49,170 nt of DNA from Candidatus Pacebacteria bacterium CG_4_9_14_0_2_um_filter_40_15 (lineage in GTDB: Bacteria > Patescibacteriota > Microgenomatia > UBA1400 > PJMF01): assembly GCA_002788675.1 (NCBI GenBank), contig PFRS01000004.1, positions 1-49,170 of the forward strand, read 5' to 3'. Below the pieces are notes generated by a model. The model ran no database searches. It had not been told where the DNA came from and saw only the letters and a program-made list of their open reading frames with translations. Of this stretch, positions 25,831-35,470 are shown piece after piece; positions within the stretch are counted from its first letter, which is position 1; each line of letters begins with the position of its first letter. A program made the translations under genes and the position numbers.

Positions 25831-27285
25831 CTATTGTATGCGAAACTGTAGTGCTTCTGCAATGTGATCTGCTGAAATACTCTCCTCTCCCTCAACTAGG
25901 GCAATTGTTTGGGCCACCTTTTGACAGTTTTTGTAGCCTCTGGCGGACATTTTGAGCTTTTCATGTGCTCTATTTAGCAGTGTTTTTGCTGAACTGGTGA
26001 GCCTTAGTTCTAGAGAGTAATTTTTGATGGCGGGATGTGCTCGTGCTGTTGCAATCTTTTGTCTGAGTGTGTTGAACTCTGCTGTGGTACTTTTGGTGCT
26101 TTGCGGTTGTGAAAGTGTGTGCGCCTCAATATTTGGCATTCGCGTGAAAAGGTGAAAACGATCTAGCAGTGGTCCAGATAGTTTTGAGTGGTAATGTGTG
26201 AGTGATTGGAGTGTGCATGTACACTCTTTTCCTGGAACTTTGTAGTACCCGCAGGCACATGGATTTCCTGCGGCAAGAAGAGTGACATCAAATGGATATT
26301 TTTTTTCTTTGTGAAATATCGTTCTGGTCAGTTGATGGTTTTCGAGCGGAACCCTGAGGGCGGTGAGTATTTTTTTTGAAAATTCTGGTAGCTCATCGAG
26401 AAATAGTATGCCTGTATGAGCTTGTTCGAGCAGACATGGCTCAGCTGTGTTATTGGCACCAAATAGTTGGGCAAACGATGTGGCGTTTTGAGGCGCTATC
26501 CAAGGCCTGGTTAGCCGAACGGTATTTTGTTTAGTTACCAGTGTGTGTATCATTTGATTGTCTATGAATTCTGAGCTGGTGGGAGGCGGCTGCAGTTCTG
26601 CAGCCGCCTGCGCCAACAGTGTTTTGCCATTTCCAGGTGGCCCACTCAGAAATAATCTGTGTTTGCCTGCTACCGCAAGAGTAATTGCCCTCTTAGCAGT
26701 GTATTGGCCAGAAATGAGTGAGTATGCTTGGGGTTCTGGAATGAAAAATTGGGGAATGATTGTTGTGTGTACTGCTTTTCTTGGATGCTGGCAGTGTGCG
26801 ATGTATTCAGAAATGTGTGCGAAGCCAAATACAGGGCAGTTAGTGACAGTTGCAACCATCTTGGCTGTGTCTTTAGCAACAAAAAAACGTTTGAATCCTG
26901 TTTCCTGGGCAGCGATAGCTAGGGCAAGTATTCCTGGAGTTGATCGGATTGTGCCGTCTAAGGTAATTTCACCCATGTAGATTTCATTTTCATTTGGAGT
27001 GGTAGAAATGCCACTGAGAGCTAACAGGCTGGCCATGAGTGCAAAATCGAGTGCACTATCTGTAGTTCCAGATAGTTGAGGCTGAACTCGTGTAAGTACT
27101 CGCCTATGTGGTACTGGAATCGAGAATTTAGTGAGTAGCGTAAGTACTTTGGTTTTAAGCGCTTTATTTTCAGTTGTAGGTATGCCACTGATGAAATATG
27201 AAGGAATTCCGGGAGTGCTCTCAGTTTCAATTTCAACCTGGGTGGGACCATATTTTTGAAACACAGCGCTGTTGAAGGTAGCCAT
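25831..27285 (-). CDS. comM: YifB/ComM family Mg-chelatase-like AAA+ ATPase
   Basis: GPPGNGKT, LFLDELPEF, NPCACG, SGPLLDRF, EALQFR. Confidence 0.88.
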   Translation of the reverse strand: MATFNSAVFQKYGPTQVEIETESTPGIPSYFISGIPTTENKALKTKVLTLLTKFSIPVPHRRVLTRVQPQLSGTTDSALDFALMASLLALSGISTTPNENEIYMGEITLDGTIRSTPGILALAIAAQETGFKRFFVAKDTAKMVATVTNCPVFGFAHISEYIAHCQHPRKAVHTTIIPQFFIPEPQAYSLISGQYTAKRAITLAVAGKHRLFLSGPPGNGKTLLAQAAAELQPPPTSSEFIDNQMIHTLVTKQNTVRLTRPWIAPQNATSFAQLFGANNTAEPCLLEQAHTGILFLDELPEFSKKILTALRVPLENHQLTRTIFHKEKKYPFDVTLLAAGNPCACGYYKVPGKECTCTLQSLTHYHSKLSGPLLDRFHLFTRMPNIEAHTLSQPQSTKSTTAEFNTLRQKIATARAHPAIKNYSLELRLTSSAKTLLNRAHEKLKMSARGYKNCQKVAQTIALVEGEESISADHIAEALQFRIQ

Positions 27286-27483
27286 GAGTATAGTCTAGTT
27301 TAGATTTCTGACTTTTTACTGACGTCTACTTAGGTTTGGCCTTGAATATTTAACATATTTATATATAATATGGGACGTTGTAGTGCGCATTATTCACCTT
27401 AATGTAATGTTAATGTGCGATACGACTCGTTCATTAACACTGCATTTTTTTATCGGAAATAATTTCCGGAGGATTTGAACAAC

Positions 27484-27852
27484 ATGAAAAGTTTCATGGC
27501 TCGTTTGAAAGGCCCCTATGTGGGAGCCGCAATTTTGCTGGCTCTCTTGTTGGGGTTTGGCTGGGTGCTGGGGGTGGTCTCCATGGCAGGGCTACCGTTT
27601 TGGTTTGCACTTCCACTCTTAGTGGTGCTGTTAGAAGCACCATATGCAATCGTGAAGGTTGCTGGTAAGACTCCAGGCTGGAAAAGCTTTATAGCATATC
27701 AAGTTACCTTTTTTATTATAACTTGGGCAGTTGATGTGCCCGTTGCTGGAGCGGGCTTTGTCGTCCGCGTGATTTTTTTCACGCTGGCCTTCATGGCCTG
27801 CAAGCTCCCAGAAGTTATGGCGCGTCGGAAGTTAGCGACGCGTCAAGATTAG
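27484..27852 (+). CDS. Small multi-pass membrane protein
   Basis: About 4 hydrophobic segments; GGAGG SD; own promoter-like sequence and terminator. Confidence 0.75.
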   Translation: MKSFMARLKGPYVGAAILLALLLGFGWVLGVVSMAGLPFWFALPLLVVLLEAPYAIVKVAGKTPGWKSFIAYQVTFFIITWAVDVPVAGAGFVVRVIFFTLAFMACKLPEVMARRKLATRQD

Positions 27853-27878
27853 TTTCATACAATTAGATATGCAGTGTT

Positions 27879-27912
27879 AAAAAAGGGGCGGTCCGTAGGA
27901 CCGCCCCTTTTT
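27879..27912. terminator. Bidirectional intrinsic terminator
   Basis: AAAAAGGGGCGGTCC-gta-GGACCGCCCCTTTTT between convergent genes. Confidence 0.9.
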
Positions 27913-27939
27913 GCTATTCAATTTCAACAGAAAAGAAAG

Positions 27940-28983
27940 TTACATAACTTTCATAACTTGTTCAACAAGTCGGTTGCAGTACCCCCACTCGTTGTCGTAC
28001 CAGCTAATAACTTTAAGTAGATTGCCACCAACCACGTTGGTGAGGGCGAGGTCTACAATAGAAGATTCGCTGCGACCTACAATGTCGGAAGACACGACTG
28101 GATCGTGGGTGACGGCAAGGATGCCTGCCCACTCTGGTTTGTTTGATTCCTCTTCGAGCATTTTGTTGACTTCTTCGATGGTGACGTCACGCTTCGTTAC
28201 AAAGACTAGGTCAGAGAGTGATCCAACTGGGGTTGGGACACGAATGGCAAGGCCATCGAAGATACCTTTGATTTCAGGAATGATCTCAGTTGTAGCAATC
28301 GCAGCACCAGTGCTGGTTGGAATAATATTTTCAGCAGCACTACGGGCTCTGCGCATATCACCGTGAGAGTTGTCTTGTACATTTTGATCGTCGGTGTATG
28401 AGTGAATGGTGGTGAGAAATGCCTTTTCAATTCCGTAGTGTTTTGAGATGAGTCGAACAACCGGGGCAACACAGTTGGTGGTACACGATGCGTTAGAGAA
28501 CACGTGGGTTTTTTTTGTGAAGTCGTTTACACCCAGCACACTGGTACTTACTTCTCCACCCTTTGCTGGTGCACTAATAATTACATTTTTAGCGCCGCCC
28601 TCAAAGTGTTGAGAAGCTTTTTCTTCACTAGTGAAAACTCCAGTACTATCAATCACAACATCAACGCCATACTTGCCCCAAGGAATAAGTTTAGGGTCTC
28701 GTTGTGCCGTGATACAAATGCGGCGGTCACCGATTTTTATATTTCCTAGGACCGGGTTGCTGTTTGACACGTCGGCTTTTGACTGTTCTCGCTCAACAGT
28801 TATTTCTTCACCAAATACGCCATAGTTTGAGTCGTACTTAAGGAGGTGCACCCACTGCTCTATTTCCATAGAGCCAGAAGTGTTTATTAGTACTAATTCG
28901 CTGTCGTCTCTGTGATTTTCCCACCAGACGCGTAGACTGGTTCTACCAATTCTTCCAAAACCATTGATACCGAAAGTTTGCAT
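27940..28983 (-). CDS. gap: Glyceraldehyde-3-phosphate dehydrogenase, type I
   Basis: GINGFGRIGR, SNASCTTNC, WYDNEWGY. Confidence 0.98.
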   Translation of the reverse strand: MQTFGINGFGRIGRTSLRVWWENHRDDSELVLINTSGSMEIEQWVHLLKYDSNYGVFGEEITVEREQSKADVSNSNPVLGNIKIGDRRICITAQRDPKLIPWGKYGVDVVIDSTGVFTSEEKASQHFEGGAKNVIISAPAKGGEVSTSVLGVNDFTKKTHVFSNASCTTNCVAPVVRLISKHYGIEKAFLTTIHSYTDDQNVQDNSHGDMRRARSAAENIIPTSTGAAIATTEIIPEIKGIFDGLAIRVPTPVGSLSDLVFVTKRDVTIEEVNKMLEEESNKPEWAGILAVTHDPVVSSDIVGRSESSIVDLALTNVVGGNLLKVISWYDNEWGYCNRLVEQVMKVM

Positions 28984-29216
28984 ATAAATCCTTTCAAAAT
29001 TACATCCTCGATGTATAGATCAGTATAGCGCATCTGAAGTATCGCTTCTAGTGAAAAGTATGTCAGATCTGAAAACTGCTATTGGCCATTAGCAGTCAAA
29101 AGGAAATACTGCTAAAAAAAGCCGAATGGCGTTTTCTGCGCTCCATCCGGCTATTATTATACTCTATTGATGCTTATTGATATCTTTAGGTGTAGTTTGA
29201 TATCTTTAATATAAGC

Positions 29217-29954
29217 TTAGACCAGTTCTGTTTTTACATCATTGGCGACGTAGGTGCCAATATCTTCACCATCAATGGCCTCGATAAGGTTATTGCCTTT
29301 GAAAAGTTCGAAGACCATGACTGGCATGTCATTTTCTTTAGACATAGCAAGTGCACTGGTGTCCATAACTTGTACTTCATCCATTTCGATTGCATCTTTA
29401 AAGCTAATGGTTTTATATCGCTTGGCATCATCATGTTTTTCGGGATCTTTGTCGAAAATTCCATCAACTTTTGTAGCCTTCATGAGCACGTCACATTTAA
29501 GCTCAAGGGCATGCAGTGAAGCACCTGTGTCGGTGGTTACGTAGGGAACACCAGTTCCAGCACCAAGAATGACTACACGACCTTTTTCCATGTGTCGAAT
29601 TGCTTTACGACGAATGAAGTTTTCTGCTACAGCTGGCATTTGCAGGGCTGATTGTAAGCGAGTTGGTACGCCAACTTTTTCTAAAGCATCCTGAAGGGCC
29701 AGGCCATTCATGACAGTGGCCATCATACCCATGTAGTCGGCAGTTGCGCGATCGATTCCATTTTTAGAACCAGCTATTCCGCGGAAAATATTGCCTCCAC
29801 CAATAACAACAGCAACTTCTACATGTTTTGTATATACCTCTTTGATTTTTTCAGCCACGGCGAGTGCCGCTTGGGGATCAATTCCATACGGGCGGTCACC
29901 CATCATTGACTCTCCTCCGACTTTGAGTAGAATTCGTTTGAAACGTGTTGACAT
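29217..29954 (-). CDS. pyrH: UMP kinase
   Basis: RILLKVGGE, GGGNIFRG, ADYMGMMATVMN, VMDTSA. Confidence 0.97.
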   Translation of the reverse strand: MSTRFKRILLKVGGESMMGDRPYGIDPQAALAVAEKIKEVYTKHVEVAVVIGGGNIFRGIAGSKNGIDRATADYMGMMATVMNGLALQDALEKVGVPTRLQSALQMPAVAENFIRRKAIRHMEKGRVVILGAGTGVPYVTTDTGASLHALELKCDVLMKATKVDGIFDKDPEKHDDAKRYKTISFKDAIEMDEVQVMDTSALAMSKENDMPVMVFELFKGNNLIEAIDGEDIGTYVANDVKTELV

Positions 29955-30006
29955 ACAGTCCTCCTTTTCCTAAAAAAAAACCAACTTGGCTGGCGTTGGC
30001 TCTGTA

Positions 30007-31038
30007 TTATATATGTAGTTTTGCTTTAAGTCTAAGCCATTTCCAACGTAGGTTATCCACTAGACGGAACATTCCATACATACTTGGATTTGTGACCAGA
30101 TCATAGGTGCCCAGGAACTCAACGAGATCTCCACCATAGCCTTCTTTAAAGCGGTGAAAACCATACCAAGAACTCTTTTTATCTGGCTCAGGTCCCAAGC
30201 TTCCCCACATATCAAAGTGTGAACAACCTTGTGCTTTGCCAAATTTAATCATCTCCCACATCATGAGGTTACTAGCCATTACGTCGCGATTTTCGCGTCG
30301 GCTGGCACCGTATGGATAATACAATACGCCGTTATGCATAAACATAATCCAAGAAACTAGAATTTTGCCTTGGTAGACGGCATTGAAAATGCGCATCATG
30401 CCAGTACCTTGCAGGTTCTCAAACATATTTTTGAAGTAAGTCTCGTTGTGGGCATAGAAGCCCTGACGATTAGTTGTTTCTTTAAGAATGTCTAAGTATT
30501 GCTCAATACCCTCAAGACTGGTGTTCTCAAAAATTTGTACACCTTTTTTTGCTGCTAAATTGACGTTGTAACGAGTTTTACTTTTCAGGTTTTCAAACAG
30601 TTTTTCTTCAGTTGGAGTTAAATCGAGTAAAAATGAATATTTTGTAAAAAGTGCTCTGCCTGGTTGCGCACCGTTTTCTGTTAAGAATTTGTGAATATGT
30701 GCGTGAGCTGAAGGCGTACCTACTTTTTGTGCAATGTTAGGTTCAAGTTTAATAAAGAGTGCATTATGCTGGCCAGCAAGTTCTTTGAGTGCTGCAAGTT
30801 GATTCCCGTCTGGCATTTCGCCTTTAGGAAAGTAGCCAACATTTTGACCAAATAATGGAATTGGATGAAAGGTAATTTGAAAGCCCTTTTTAAGAGTATT
30901 GCCTTCAAAAACTCCTAGGCGAGCAACTGACACACCTGTGGTTTTACGGAAATCGCCCCATTCCCAAGTCTGCAATGGATGCTGCACGGCGGCATTATAT
31001 GCTTCTCTTTCTTCTGGACGTATTTCTCTAATAATCAT
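30007..31038 (-). CDS. FemAB/FemX-family peptidoglycan aminoacyltransferase
   Basis: HPLQTWEWG, KTRYNVNLAAKKGV, YPYGAS, GFHRFKEGYGG. Confidence 0.9.
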   Translation of the reverse strand: MIIREIRPEEREAYNAAVQHPLQTWEWGDFRKTTGVSVARLGVFEGNTLKKGFQITFHPIPLFGQNVGYFPKGEMPDGNQLAALKELAGQHNALFIKLEPNIAQKVGTPSAHAHIHKFLTENGAQPGRALFTKYSFLLDLTPTEEKLFENLKSKTRYNVNLAAKKGVQIFENTSLEGIEQYLDILKETTNRQGFYAHNETYFKNMFENLQGTGMMRIFNAVYQGKILVSWIMFMHNGVLYYPYGASRRENRDVMASNLMMWEMIKFGKAQGCSHFDMWGSLGPEPDKKSSWYGFHRFKEGYGGDLVEFLGTYDLVTNPSMYGMFRLVDNLRWKWLRLKAKLHI

Positions 31039-31146
31039 ACTGTGTGGTTAGTGGTACTATCTGTACCATTTGTCATTATATAAAGAATATGGGTGTCTGG
31101 CTAGTGAGGGAACTGGTTTTTGCTTAGCCAGTTTGGCTGTAGTGAG

Positions 31147-33123
31147 CTAAAAGTCGACCAAATCATCAATATCAATGTCGCCGCTCAGGACGCCATCAAT
31201 CAGATCATCATCAACCGGCACAATACGTCGAGTTTTAGTGTAGGCTGGGGTGCGCTCCTTGTTTGAGTAGTTGTTATATCCGTTGTATGAGTTGTTTTTT
31301 TTGTCGGTGTAGTTACTTGAACCACGACCAATATGTTCGATTAAATGTGCGGAAATATCGGTAATAAATCGACTGCGAATGGCTGGTGTAGTTGTTCCAT
31401 ATTGAAAACGACTGCGTGCATGAGTCATGTACAGTTTTTGTTTTGCTCGAGTAATACCGACGTAGCACAAGCGGCGTTCCTCTTCCATTTGAGCCGCATC
31501 AAAGAGCGAACGAGAATGTGGGAGTAGCCCATCTTCCATACCTGCCATGCAAACAATGGTAAATTCAAGTCCTTTGGCTGCATGTAAACTCATCAGGTTT
31601 ACGGAATTTTCTTCTTCAGGGAGTGCATCTTTAAGATAGTCATTTTGAATCAGGGCAACATTTTCTAAAAATTGGTGTGGCGTGTCGAATTGGCTGGCAA
31701 CGTTAAGTAACTCTTGAATGTTTCCCAGGCGCTGAAGGTGTTCTTCAGTTTCTTTTGAGTATTTTGACTGGTAGTCGGTGATTTCAAGGAGTGTTTTGAG
31801 TAACTCAACGGGGTCTGTTTCGATAAGCTCAGCATTTTTTTGTTTATGAATCCAAGCCGAAAGCGTTGCTAAACGACGTTTTCCCAGTTTAGTGATTCTG
31901 GATAAACTCACAGAATCTTGCTGATTAAGTGTGTATCGTAAGTAGGCAATCATGTCTTTAACTTCACTGCGCTCATAAAATTTTGTGCCGCCAATAAGGC
32001 GATACGGAATACCTGCACTAATCAGTGCTTCTTCAAACTCACGAGACTGTGCGTTTGTGCGATACAAAATAGCAATATCACTGTACGAAAGGCCTTCTTT
32101 AATCACATGATTGCGAATGTAGGTGACCACTTGCTTTGCCTCTTCTCTGCTACCTTCAGCTTCAAAACAGGTAATCAAATCGCCTGCATCCTTTTCAGTC
32201 CAAAGTTTTAAAATGGGATGAGACGTATTGAGTGAAATCACATCGGTTGCGGCATCGAGAATATTTTGCTTTGAGCGGTAATTCTGTTCCAAACGGTATT
32301 CAGTAATTTTGGGAAAGTCCTTTTTAAGCTGCATCATGTTTTTGTAGTTCGCACCTCGCCAAGCGTAAATACTTTGACTGAAGTCACCGACTACATAGAT
32401 ATTGTTTTGAGGTGCTGCAAAAATTTTTGAAAGCTGATATTGGACGGTGTTGGTGTCTTGGTACTCATCGATCAGAACGTGTTTAAAGAGCGTTTGATAC
32501 TTTGTGCGGATAGTTTCATTATTTTGAAGCAACTTGAGGGTTTTAAGAAGCAAATCATCAAAGTCGACGGCCTGAGCTTTAATAAGTTCAGCTTCGTATA
32601 TGGTATACAATTTGCCGACAAAAGTTTGGAAGGCGCCAGTTGCCATTTCTTTATATTCTTTTGGTGAAACTATTTCGTTTTTTGCATTTGAAATTGCCCC
32701 TAACGCCGCTTTAGGGTTAAATTCTGCTTTATCAAAACCATGGCTCTTGTAGATATTTTTGATAAGCTGATCTTGGTCACCACTATCGTAAATGACGAAA
32801 TTTTGATCTAAGCCAATATACATGCCGTCGATACGCAGAATTTTTGCGCAGAGACTATGAAAGGTGCCTGAATATGGCAGTCGACTGCCTGTTTGTTGTT
32901 GAATTCTATCTTTAATTTCTCCGGCTGCTTTATTGGTGAAGGTAACCACTAAAATTTCGTGTGGTTTAATATTTTTTTCTGCGATGAGCCAGGAGACTCT
33001 AGTGGTTAAAACTGTAGTTTTTCCCGATCCAGCACCTGCTAACACCATGGCTGGACCTTCGGGATGCAGCACGGCTTTTTTTTGATCAGGATTGAGTTTT
33101 TCGAGTAAGGTTTCGGGAATCAT
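31147..33123 (-). CDS. pcrA: UvrD/PcrA ATP-dependent DNA helicase
   Basis: AGAGSGKT, TFTNKAA, DEYQDTN, QNYRS, HAAKGLEF, EERRLCYVGITRA. Confidence 0.95.
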   Translation of the reverse strand: MIPETLLEKLNPDQKKAVLHPEGPAMVLAGAGSGKTTVLTTRVSWLIAEKNIKPHEILVVTFTNKAAGEIKDRIQQQTGSRLPYSGTFHSLCAKILRIDGMYIGLDQNFVIYDSGDQDQLIKNIYKSHGFDKAEFNPKAALGAISNAKNEIVSPKEYKEMATGAFQTFVGKLYTIYEAELIKAQAVDFDDLLLKTLKLLQNNETIRTKYQTLFKHVLIDEYQDTNTVQYQLSKIFAAPQNNIYVVGDFSQSIYAWRGANYKNMMQLKKDFPKITEYRLEQNYRSKQNILDAATDVISLNTSHPILKLWTEKDAGDLITCFEAEGSREEAKQVVTYIRNHVIKEGLSYSDIAILYRTNAQSREFEEALISAGIPYRLIGGTKFYERSEVKDMIAYLRYTLNQQDSVSLSRITKLGKRRLATLSAWIHKQKNAELIETDPVELLKTLLEITDYQSKYSKETEEHLQRLGNIQELLNVASQFDTPHQFLENVALIQNDYLKDALPEEENSVNLMSLHAAKGLEFTIVCMAGMEDGLLPHSRSLFDAAQMEEERRLCYVGITRAKQKLYMTHARSRFQYGTTTPAIRSRFITDISAHLIEHIGRGSSNYTDKKNNSYNGYNNYSNKERTPAYTKTRRIVPVDDDLIDGVLSGDIDIDDLVDF

Positions 33124-33217
33124 AACGAAATACATACTAGCATGGAAACAGGGTGTTGTTGAGGTTTAGTTTTTGTATATGATTTCTTGAATTGAGCCGT
33201 AGAAGGTAAAAATAGGC

Positions 33218-33247
33218 AAAAAAAACCGGCGTATAAAAATACGCCGG
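33218..33247 (-). terminator. Intrinsic terminator of the 39-aa ORF
   Basis: CCGGCGTAT/ATACGCCGG hairpin with T tract on the minus strand. Confidence 0.8.
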
Positions 33248-33260
33248 CTGTACTGCTTAA

Positions 33261-33380
33261 TTAATGAATTGTGGAGAGCAATATTGCTGCCCATAATCCT
33301 AAAATTTCAAAAAAGATAAAAATGGCTGCCAGAGACAGCCCCAATCCGATAAGAACTTGGACTAGTTCATTTAATGTCAC
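33261..33380 (-). CDS. 39-aa hydrophobic peptide (absent from the ORF track)
   Basis: AAGGAG SD, GTG start, MTLNELVQVLIGLGLSLAAIFIFFEILGLWAAILLSTIH; own promoter and terminator. Confidence 0.7.
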   Translation of the reverse strand: MTLNELVQVLIGLGLSLAAIFIFFEILGLWAAILLSTIH

Positions 33381-33429
33381 GGTTACTACTCCTTGTTGAA
33401 AAAAATTAATTAAATTAAGGTACCTGCTT

Positions 33430-33458
33430 ATTATATCCTATAACTATTCATTTGTCAA
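33430..33458 (-). promoter_or_regulatory. Consensus sigma70 promoter
   Basis: Minus strand TTGACA-17 nt-TATAAT. Confidence 0.85.
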
Positions 33459-33520
33459 GTCATAGCACCCTAAAATTGGGGTAAATATAGAGAAATTAAG
33501 TCTGGTATACTATTGTTCTT

Positions 33521-34723
33521 GTGCAAAAAATGTCGAAAAGCAACTTTTACCAAAATAATCTGCGCTGGCTCTATGTGATAGAGTTTTTTAGTTCGCTCTA
33601 TTTTATGATTCCGGTGTGGGTAAGCATGGAGTTAACCTATATTTCATTGTCGCAGCTGACCATTATTGAAATAATTATTTTTGGTAGTCAACTTGTTTTA
33701 GAGCTTCCCACCGGTGCATTTGCAGATTTACTTGGAAAACGGATTACCGTGTTTTTGGGCAATGTGATCACGGCTATTTCTATGGTGATGTTTGCACTGG
33801 CTACTTCATTTGAAGGATTTGTGTTGAGTGCCATTTTTATTGGCTTGGGTGCAGCTCTAACTTCTGGTGCCAAAGAAGCGTTACTCTACGACACGCTTAA
33901 ACAAGCTGATAAAGAAGATACCTTCGATCGAGTATCAAGTAAGCAAAATGTTGTGTTCCAAGGGGGCATGGCAGCTGCCACACTGATTGGTGGATTATTA
34001 TGGACGGTTGATTACAAACTTCCGGCCTTACTGAGTGGCTTGGCAGTCTTAGTTGCAGCTGGTGTAACGTTACTAGTTATTGAGCCAGATATTGATTCAG
34101 AAGTATTTACTCTTAAAAACTATATTCAGCAAACAAAGCAAGGATTTAAGGAAGTATTTAGAACAAAATATAGCACTTTACTGTCGTTTTTCTATGCAAC
34201 TATTGGGGCACTTACTTTTAGTGCGAGTACTGTGTTTAGTAAAGTTGTATTTGTAGAGTTACTGTATTCAGAATCCCAGATGGGGGTTTATTTTTCAGTG
34301 GTGAGAATTTTCAATAGTTTGCTCTTATACTTGATGATTTCAAGAACAAAAATCTTGACTCTCAAACGAACCATGTGGTTGTTTGCATTTGCCACACCGC
34401 TAGTATTTTTGCCGGGAACGCTTTTCACCAAAATACTCGTGGTGCCATTTGTGTTGGGTATGATGTGGTTAAGTTCTGCTCGTTGGGTGTTGCTGGGTAA
34501 GTATACAAACAAGGTTTTTACTTCAAAGAATCGAGCCACGGCCATTTCAGCTTTAAGTATGATGGTTGGCATTTTTTACATAGGTATAATGCTCGTATCA
34601 GGTCCTATTATGGAGTATTACCAAAGTGTGTTACCACTCTTTACGTTCTTAGGTGTACTTGCCTTAGTGATTGTGTTGCCATTGGGTATCAGGGTCGCTT
34701 CGCACTCCCCTTCTCAAGAGTAG
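33521..34723 (+). CDS. MFS transporter
   Basis: ELPTGAFADLLGKR, SGAKEALLYDTL, RATAISA; about 12 TM segments. Confidence 0.92.
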   Translation: MQKMSKSNFYQNNLRWLYVIEFFSSLYFMIPVWVSMELTYISLSQLTIIEIIIFGSQLVLELPTGAFADLLGKRITVFLGNVITAISMVMFALATSFEGFVLSAIFIGLGAALTSGAKEALLYDTLKQADKEDTFDRVSSKQNVVFQGGMAAATLIGGLLWTVDYKLPALLSGLAVLVAAGVTLLVIEPDIDSEVFTLKNYIQQTKQGFKEVFRTKYSTLLSFFYATIGALTFSASTVFSKVVFVELLYSESQMGVYFSVVRIFNSLLLYLMISRTKILTLKRTMWLFAFATPLVFLPGTLFTKILVVPFVLGMMWLSSARWVLLGKYTNKVFTSKNRATAISALSMMVGIFYIGIMLVSGPIMEYYQSVLPLFTFLGVLALVIVLPLGIRVASHSPSQE

Positions 34724-34745
34724 CTATTTGGGCTATGATGACGGT

Positions 34746-35432
34746 ATGAAAAAACTCCTTATCGCTAATTGGAAATCACACAAAACTTTATCTGAAGTTA
34801 GTGCTTGGATGGACTCATTTGAGAGTAAATTTTCAAAATCTCTACTTGCAAAACATGTTGATATTGCAATTGCTCCAACTGAAGCCTATTTAGCTCAATT
34901 TTCTAATGAAATGCATGCCGAACTTTCGCTGGCAGCACAGGATGTCAGCCCCTTTCCTGTGGGAAAATATACTGGTGCCACCGCTGCTTCTCAACTCGCA
35001 AGTTTGGGTGTGAAGTATGCAATTGTTGGTCATAGTGAGCGACGTCGCTACTTTTCAGAAGATAACACCCAAGTGGCTAATAAAGTTAGACAGTGCGTAG
35101 AAGCTGGAATAATTCCAATTGTCTGTGTCGATGATGAATATGTTTCAACGCAAGCAGCTGCAATAGATTCAGAATACCATTCAAAATGTATCATAGCCTA
35201 TGAAGCACTTTCAGCAATTGGCTCTGGAAATAACATGGATGCAGCACATGTTGCAGAAGTGACAAAACTCATTAATGATGTTTTTGGAGAGGTGCCAGTG
35301 TTGTATGGTGGCAGTGTAAATGCAGGCAATGTTGCTGAGTATGCTGAAATTTCAGATGGTTGGTTGGTTGGGACTGCGTCACTCAAAGTCGATGATTTTT
35401 GGGCATTAGCGCTAGCAGTCTCAAATCTTTAG
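34746..35432 (+). CDS. tpiA: Triosephosphate isomerase
   Basis: ANWK, GHSERR, IAYE..SAIG, LYGGSV; start moved to ATG 34746. Confidence 0.95.
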   Translation: MKKLLIANWKSHKTLSEVSAWMDSFESKFSKSLLAKHVDIAIAPTEAYLAQFSNEMHAELSLAAQDVSPFPVGKYTGATAASQLASLGVKYAIVGHSERRRYFSEDNTQVANKVRQCVEAGIIPIVCVDDEYVSTQAAAIDSEYHSKCIIAYEALSAIGSGNNMDAAHVAEVTKLINDVFGEVPVLYGGSVNAGNVAEYAEISDGWLVGTASLKVDDFWALALAVSNL

Positions 35433-35470
35433 AAACCAATACATACACAATCAATGTAGCGTTGATGAAA

